Translations under genes and position numbers: made by a program | Shown here: one piece after another, positions 56,183-64,000 of the stretch | How the letters are laid out: each line of letters opens with the position of its first letter | Position numbering within the stretch: the first letter of the stretch is position 1 | The notes under the pieces: model-generated | The model's input: only the letters and a program-made list of their open reading frames with translations | The model's database searches: none | Told to the model about the DNA's origin: nothing | From: Eledone cirrhosa | Lineage: Eukaryota | Length of the DNA: 64,000 nt | Direction of reading: 5' to 3' | Assembly (NCBI GenBank): GCA_964016885.1 | Contig: OZ024742.1 | Location: forward strand, 153,884,001-153,948,000

Positions 56183-57622
56183 GGAGGACATGATATGAAG
56201 GTTAAAAAACACTTGTGGATAGTGCAGTTTTAAATCAACATATGAAAAGTAGTTTTAGATTGATGTGTGATATTGGGGAAAAAGATGTGTGTGTGGGGGG
56301 GGGGGGGGTTGGAAAGGATGAAAAAGAGGAGGAGACGAGAGTAAAAAGTGGAGGGGGAAGAGTATAGTGAGGAAGGATGAGATAGGAGGAGAGATGGGTG
56401 ATAGAGAGAGAGAGATAGCTTTTATAACTGAGAAAAATATATTGTTTTACATAGAGAAGTTGAAAAAACCGTTGGAAGATAATGTATAAATTAAAAGAAT
56501 TTGAAAATTAACGAAGAGAATAATAACGTAAAGTTAAGGTTTGTATATTGAAGGGTTTAATAATATGTGCGATGAAAAGAAATTTTTAATATCTATTAAG
56601 AATAATATTTAAGGGTTTAATAATATGTGCGATGGAAAGAAAATGTTGATATGTATTATTAAAGAAACAGAAGTAATGTAAGTAAGGATATATTGTGAGA
56701 TGAGCATGAATAAGTTAGATGAAAGGGAGAAAAAATAATGTATAGAGAATGAATAATCTAACGTCAAAAAAAGTTTATGTTTACGACGGATTCTTTCAAG
56801 GTGATATGAAGTAAGAATATGGTGTATTGTATAATAATTGTTTCATGTTAGGCACAGTGAGAAAAGGTACAGATTAGGGGTTAGAAATTAGGAGTGATGT
56901 AGAATATAATAAATATAATAAATAACTTTGAAATAAGGTAGAAAGATGGGTATATTTTTAAAGAAGTACATATATATATATATATATGTGCCTTTGAGAA
57001 AAGGATTCTGAATTGATAAGGTTTATCATATTAGCTGTATACTTTATGGAAAGTTCTGTGGAATTTATGCAAGCATATAGAAAACAAGGAAACAATATCA
57101 TAATAATAGTAATAGTACTCCCGGCGTCATTGTAAACTCTAGGCTAATTTCTGCAAACCCAAATACAACGCCAAACACAACTTCGCTAAATCTTCTTAAT
57201 CCCATTCTAAATCAAGAAACTATTATTCCTATCGCAAATAACTTCTCCAATCCAATTCCTTCTATAGATAACACTAGGTCACTCGTTAATAATCTCTCTA
57301 ATCGCAATTGCAATTATCCTGCTAAAAATAAATGTCCTCTCAACAACCATTGTCTTGATAAAAACTTAATTTACGAACGTAAAGTTATAACTGACACCAA
57401 TTCCTTCATCTATTTTGGCTCCACTTCCACCTCCTTTAAAGCTCGTCTTTATATTCATCATTGGTCTTTTAAATATAAACTTAAAAGAACCAACACGGCT
57501 CTCTCAGAACTCATATGGTCCTTGAAAGACAAAAATATTAAATATAACATCTCTCAGAACTTTCCATAAAGTATACAGCTAATATGATAAACTTTATCAA
57601 TTCAGAATCCTTTTCTCAAAGG

Positions 57623-57654
<32 letters not shown>

Positions 57655-58427
57655 CTTCTTTAAAAATATACCCATCTTTCTACCTTATTTCAAAGTTATT
57701 TATTATATTTATTATATTCTACATCACTCCTAATTTCTAACCCCTATTCTGTACCTTTTCTCACTGTGCCTAACATAGAAACAATTATTACACAATACAC
57801 CATATTCTTACTTCATATCACCTTGAAAAAATCCTTCGTAAACATAAACTTGTTTTGACGTTAGATTATTCATCCTCTATTCATTATTTTTTCTCCCTTT
57901 CATCTAACTTATTCATGCTCATCTCACAATATATCCTTACTTACATTACTTCTGTTTTTTTAATGATGCATATCAACATTTTCTTTCCATCGCACATATT
58001 ATTAAACCCTTAAATATTATTCTTAATACATATTAAGATTTTCTTTCCATCGCACATATTATTAAACCCTTCAATATACAAACCTTAACTTTATATTATT
58101 TTTCTCTTCGTTAATTTTCAAATTCTTTTAATTTATACCTTATCTTCCAACGGTTTTTTCAACCTCTCTATGTAAAACAATATATTTTTCTCAGTTATAA
58201 AAGCTATCTCTCTCTCTCTATCACCCATCTCTCCTCTTATATCATCCTTCCTCTCTTCCCTCTGCACTTTTTACTCTAGTCTCCTCCTCTTTTTCATCCT
58301 TTCCAAATCCCCCCCCCCTACACACATTTGTTTACCCCAATATCACACATCAATCTAAAACTACTTTTCATATGTTGATTTAAAACTGCACTATCCACAA
58401 GTGTTTTTTAACCTTCATATCATGACC

Positions 58428-58498
58428 TATTTTATCTGATGAAAACACAAATGTTATTGCATGATGATATTTGTTTTTGAAATGCGCATAATAAAATA
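58428..58498 (+). ncRNA. Type I HHR
   Basis: TATTTTAT-CTGATGA-long stem II-GAAA-TGCGCA-TA-ATAAAATA; perfect 8-bp stem I and palindromic ATGCGCAT. Confidence 0.85.
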
Positions 58499-58528
58499 CA
58501 TGGAACTCATTTCACCATCTTTTGATGT

Positions 58529-58561
<33 letters not shown>

Positions 58562-59511
58562 GTAATAATAATAAATTTGAGGACTAAAATCCAAAGAAGG
58601 CTCGTTAAGGATAAATATATATCAAATATATAAGAACCGTAGAGCAAATATTTATATATATGTATATATACATGTGTGTGTGTGTGTCTGTATACGTGTG
58701 TGTGTATATGTGTTTGCGTGTGGGGGGTATGTGTAGACAAAAAGCAAATAGAAATAACAAAACAAATGACACACTACAGATAATAAATCTAATAGTTTTA
58801 CCCATGATATAATACGAACATGAGAAATTAAAGAAATAGAATGGTAGAGGAAAGTGTGTAGTGGCAGAAATGAAATAGATTATTTAAGAAAAAACAAATC
58901 TACTCGGGTCGGCGTCTCTTGGAAAGCTGTTGAATCTGTCGTTGGTGTATCAGAAGTTCAGCTGGTCGTGTTTTAAAATAAGGTGATCGAAGGCGGATGT
59001 GCCGAAAAAGAAAACATCGTTTTGCATATAGAATGAATATGTGTGTGAGATTTATTTCGTTTTTTCTGGACAAATCCGTGAGGATATGTGAGAGTACAGT
59101 GGGGCACAGGCCTGGTTGCTAGCTTGCAAAATGGCAAGTGAGTCACGGAGTGGCCACGGTAGCATTGCAGGGTCCCACAGTAGCCTTGAAGGGACCACTA
59201 TTGTATTTTAGGGCCCAATTTCTTGGCTTTCAATAAATATATGAAGTCTAAGAGAAAGAATAACATTTTTAAAAAAAAACTAAAACGATTAAGAAAATCA
59301 TTTTGTTGAGGAATTGCCCAGGGAATTAATATAAACCAAAATATTTGATAGTGCAACTAGCTGGAATCAGTGGTTGTACATTCTACTAAATCTAAAGCTT
59401 AGTGTATTCATTACATGCATGCACACATACATACATACACACAAACAAACGCAAATATATATGTATATACACACATATATATGCATGCATATATACATGT
59501 ATATAAATATA

Positions 59512-59637
<126 letters not shown>

Positions 59638-60236
59638 CATGGGTGTGTATGATTCTGTATAGAAGATTATGTTAATAAAAGGAATTCAAACCTTGTCTGG
59701 TTTACTCGTTTTATTTACAATCCTTTAAAATGAAAATGGTAATACAATGAAATAGTATGTTAGAATATTCAATGTTAAATGTTAACAGAACAAGTACTTT
59801 CCTGCTTTCGCAATCTTCAGGTTCATATTCTGTGGTGACAGACAAGTTTGCAATTTTCAACCGTAATGAGATGGGTAAATTGTGTGCCTTAAATACAGTG
59901 AAAAGCAGCTACAGAATGCTAAGTTTTGCAAACTGTATTTCGACCAATCGGTGTGTAGTTTCACTGGATTACTAAAACTGATTGGTTTAGGCGTCATAGT
60001 TGGTTGAGCATCTCTACCGACTTCTATTTGACCATAACCAAAGCATCAATTGTTTTGCTATTTTTAGAAATGAAGAAAATAGCATTTTCTAGAGTTTTTT
60101 TTAAAAAGTCTTCAGTAATCATCAACATCAACATTACTTTCATTATTATTATTGTTGTTGTTGTTGTTATTGGTGGTAGTCGACATGGTCGTAGGCGTAG
60201 TCATAGTAGGAGAATACCCCTAAGTATTATTATTGT

Positions 60237-62420
60237 TCATTTAGCTTGGGTTGAAATATTTTCTTTAATTTTTCTCTTGATTTCACTTGGTCTGTGTAAT
60301 TTGTAGAATGGAAATATTATAAATATTTTCTCACCACATGTTGCTAGATCGTTACTCGTGTATCTGACGGATATTTGGGTCTCTGATTTGCTGTTGGTGC
60401 ACCCGTACACTTTCCGAGAGTGTATCCCAGTTTCACAGACATATAGTTCTTCACAATTCGGGCATTTAATGCAGTAAATTTGATTTCTGCTTTTGCAGTT
60501 CATATTTGCATTTGGGAATATTTTTCCTGTTTTTGTGTTCATATATTGACAAGTATCTATGAACTGACATGTGCCACATCGACTATCATTGCATTTAGAT
60601 ACAGTTAATGATTGGTCTTTGTTGTTAAGGTCAAACTTTGTCGTTGTTAGTAATTGCTTCAAATTGTTCGGCTGTCTTTTACTAAGAGTCAAAGATCGGT
60701 CTGTGATTAAACCTTTTAATTCATTACTTTGAGCAATGGTCGATAGGTTTGCTTTGGCAGTGTTGAAGATGTTCTGGTAACATGGGTTGTGTGTCATTGT
60801 TAATGGTATGGCTAGTTCTTGGTTTCTTCTTCCTTGAGTTGTCCTAAGTTGTTGTATATGTAATTTTCTAGCCCGCTGTACGCCATTCTCTATAAGTAGA
60901 GATGTGTATTTTTGTTTGAGCAAAAATTCTCTCAGTTCCGTTAGGCGTTCTTTTCCTGTTTTGTATCTTCTACAATGGTACAAATTTTTCTGGCTAGGCA
61001 ATAGGGGATGCTGCGTTTTGTATGAGGTGGATGGCACGACTTAAAATTCAGATATTGATGGGTGTCTGTGTGTTTATAGTATACATCCGTGGCAATGGTG
61101 GTGTCGTTTTTGATTACCATTATATCTAGGAATGGTAATTTGGTACTACTTATCTCTTTTGTGAATTGGAGAGATGGGTGTAGGTTATTGAGAAGGTTAT
61201 TGAACTCATCCAGAGTATCTAGACATTCTGTTCAGATGATGAAACAGTCGTCAAGGTATCTCTTCCAAGACTTTTCTATGTACTTTCTAAAGTCAGTGCT
61301 ATATTCTTCCTCTATTTCTTGGTAGAGTTGTTGTTCTAAGTATCCCATTACAGAGTTCGCGTAAATGGGAGCAAACTTCGTTCCCATCGCTGTGTCTCTA
61401 ATTTGGATGGAATTCTTTCCATTGAAGAAGAATGTGTTGTTTTCCAGAATAAGTTTTACTGCGTCTAATATAAATGGCGCTGTGAATCTGGGGGGAATCA
61501 CTTCTCTATGTTTTCCCACCCATTATTTAACCGCCTTTATTCCTAAATCATGTTTAATGTTGGTGTAAAGGCTTACCACATCAAACCTAAGTAGAATTGC
61601 ATTCGTTTCCGTGGTTTGGGGAAGATGGCACAGGAAGTCGGTATCATCCCGGATGAAACTGGTTATGTGAATAATAATGTCAACAACATTGCTTAGACAT
61701 GTTGGACCAGCTATAATAAGTCTAAGTTTTAAGTTTTTTGGGTGTAGTAATTTAATGTACTCATCTTGTTGTTCTTTTACTACCAGTTGGATTTCTCTTG
61801 ACTTATGAACTTTCGGTAGGCCATACATGTTGCTGGGTGTAGGCTCAAAATTGGTGATGTAGTCTCTTTCCTTATCTGTAAGTGAGTTGTAGTATTTTGA
61901 AGCCAGGTTGTTCATCTTCTTCATGATGTTGTGGTCTATATTTGACGGTATTTCATGATAGATTGTTGTGTCTTTCAGTTGTTCCTCAAGCAAAGCTTTG
62001 TAGTATTCAGCATCCATTAAAAACAATTGCACCCCCTTTATCTGCTTGTTCAATTATTATTATTTTATCATTTTGTATACGTTTAAGTGCAGACATTTCC
62101 GATTTGTTAATATTTCGCCTAACATTAGTATTACGTCTGAGAGGAAATTTAGACAGGATGTCAATGTATTGGTCGAGATATATATTTATTCCTTTTGGCG
62201 AAGTGACATTTTATTTATTCTTTACTAGTGATTCATCACTCTCATTACTTTTATCAGCGAAGACTTCTACAAGTCGTAATTTTCGACAGAATTCTTGTGT
62301 ATCCTCCTTCAGTTCTTGGTAGTTGACTGTTGGAGTCGGTGTGAATTTCAGTCCTTTTGACAGAATTTGCATTTCATCATTGTCAAAATCTCTTTTGGAT
62401 AAATTAATTATTTTAGGATC
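60237..62420 (-). pseudogene. Disrupted PLE RT + GIY-YIG (Neptune-like)
   Basis: LSKGLKFTP, ADKG, MYGLPKVHK, FDVVSLYTNI, TAMGTKFAPIYAN, RYLDDCFII, LPFLDI, linker CNDSRCGTC, IYCIKCPNC..YVCETG. Confidence 0.9.
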
Positions 62421-62655
62421 TACGTGTTCAGTTGTTTTGGGTATGTTTCCTCCTGGAGTTTTTCTTTTTCCGGTTTTTGTTGTCCTGACATTAAAGAATG
62501 GATTTTCCTTTGTTCAGGATTCATATTACTGTTGGTGTTTGCTTGATGAAATTTTGGCCGTGATATTATATTTAGTTTCGTTATGTTTTTTGTCCAATTT
62601 TTGTATTATGTATATTATTTTTCCATTTCTTGTTAGCATTATTTTTAACAATCTG

Positions 62656-62851
62656 TGGATTAACGGGTGTGGATTGGCAGTATCGGTAGAGAGTCGGACG
62701 CCATGCTTTCCAGCATAGTTACGTCCTCCCTTTACAGTCTGAGTTCAAATCCCGCCGAGGTTAACTTTGCCTTTCATCCTTACGGGGTCGATAAAATAAA
62801 GTACCAGTAATGTACTGGGTAATTGATGGCCTTGTGCCAAAAGTAGAAACA
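62656..62851 (+). mobile_element. Full-length SINE with 18-bp TSD inserted into the PLE
   Basis: ATTATTTTTAACAATCTG at 62638-62655 and 62852-62869; A and B boxes, core and tail. Confidence 0.92.
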
Positions 62852-64000
62852 ATTATTTTTAACAATCTGGGAATAAGACCTAGGTTTGCTTTCAGAATTA
62901 GATCGTTTTTCGCCGAGTTTCTTGTGGGTAATCTCTGTTGAGATCATGAGAGTGATCTGGTTATTCTACGGTTTTTACCCCATCCCTGTGGGTAGTCTCT
63001 GTTGAGATCTTGAGAATGATCTCCTGGTTTTTCTACTTCTCATGATCTGGTCAAAGGTATATCTTACGTGTTTGTGCTTTTTTTACATGTTGTGTGCGTT
63101 AGGGTGTTTTTGTAGAAAAAGCGAAACGTTCTTACCGTAGTTCTTCTTTGATTCAAGGTAAGGTGTGTGTTTGTGTTGCCACGTGTTCTAGCGTATGTTG
63201 TGTTGGCTAGATTGTTCACTTGTAATGTCCAGCGTTCCAGAGTCTTTACCGTAATTTGCAGCATATTCGTCGATAAATAATTGTTTCTGCTGCCATATAT
63301 TTCTTGATTTGCTTTCTTGTTTTGAGATACCTCTGATACATAGTTCTTGTAGTTTTTCAGCTACATTAACAGTCGTTAGTATTGAAATTTCGACTTCGAT
63401 TTCGTCATCGATAGCTTCGTACTTGACTTTGTAGCGGGGTTGTTTACATTGATTAATGGAGATGTCGTTCCTGAATTTTGTCAATGTAAGTTCCCATCGG
63501 AGTTTTGTTTCTTCTTCTGCTTCTCCTTCAATTTCTGTAACTAGGTATTTACGAGGGAGTATGGGTGCCGTTAGAGAGAGCCATTTCGAATGTGTTTCGA
63601 CATATTTTTCGCATTTGTATGTTTTCTATTACTTAATGTAAACTATCCCGCTACAAAGCCAAATACGAAGCTATCGTTGACCAAATCGAAGTCGAAATTG
63701 TATATATATATAAGTTAAAAAGTGTGTATGAGTGTGTGCGCAATCGTGTGTGTTTGTGTTGTTGTAATACGAAGCTGTGAGAATATTTGTGTGTATCAGT
63801 CTGTTGGTCCGTACAGAGCTGTGAGTATTAGTGTAGTGTAAAGGTGTTTGTTATTGGTCTAAGAGTGTGTGTTTCTGATCGTTACAGAGCCGTAATATCA
63901 CTGGGGTTGATATTACTCGAGTGCGTGTGCCAGCGGACGAAGTACGGATGAGAATGGCTATGGGTATAGAACTAAGTGTGAATGTATGAAGTGCTAGATT

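Larger units (their letters stand above)
59645..63699 (-). mobile_element. Neptune-like PLE, decayed
   Basis: RT and GIY-YIG ORF fragments on minus; TA tracts at both ends; interrupted by a SINE. Outer boundaries are inferred. Confidence 0.8.

Noticed and set aside
58560-59290. Possible additional decayed PLE on minus
   Set aside because: Motifs are too degenerate to support.
59925-60005. HHR candidate in the Neptune-like 3' UTR (minus: ACCAATCAG..CCGATTGGT-CGAAA)
   Set aside because: A stem and GAAA are present at the expected place, but there is no intact CTGANGA or stem I.

Overview
AT-rich, microsatellite-dense eukaryotic DNA. The tRNA-derived SINE family and (TA)n/(CA)n load resemble cephalopod (Octopus-like) genomes; this is inference. 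No host protein-coding gene is recognisable, and most ORF-track entries are microsatellite or antisense shadows. The window is a nest of retroelements. It holds decayed Penelope-like elements (PLEs, RT + GIY-YIG) of three apparent types: two Naiad-like families (28.5-34.2 kb, 50.5-55.4 kb), Hydra-like fragments (6.8-9.4, 10.9-12.1, 24.2-25.2, 56.0-58.5 kb) and a Neptune-like element (59.6-63.7 kb). There are also RTE and Tx1/L1-like LINE relics and many SINEs. The most notable signal is a set of type I hammerhead ribozyme (HHR) motifs read by eye. They occur in PLE pseudo-LTRs and in small non-coding, (TA)n-embedded, tandem/inverted elements (16.7-17.5, 35.1-36.1, 48.3-48.8, 6.56-6.75 kb) that look like PLE-mobilised retrozyme-like parasites with unusual HHR variants. 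Clade names come from remembered motifs, not alignments.
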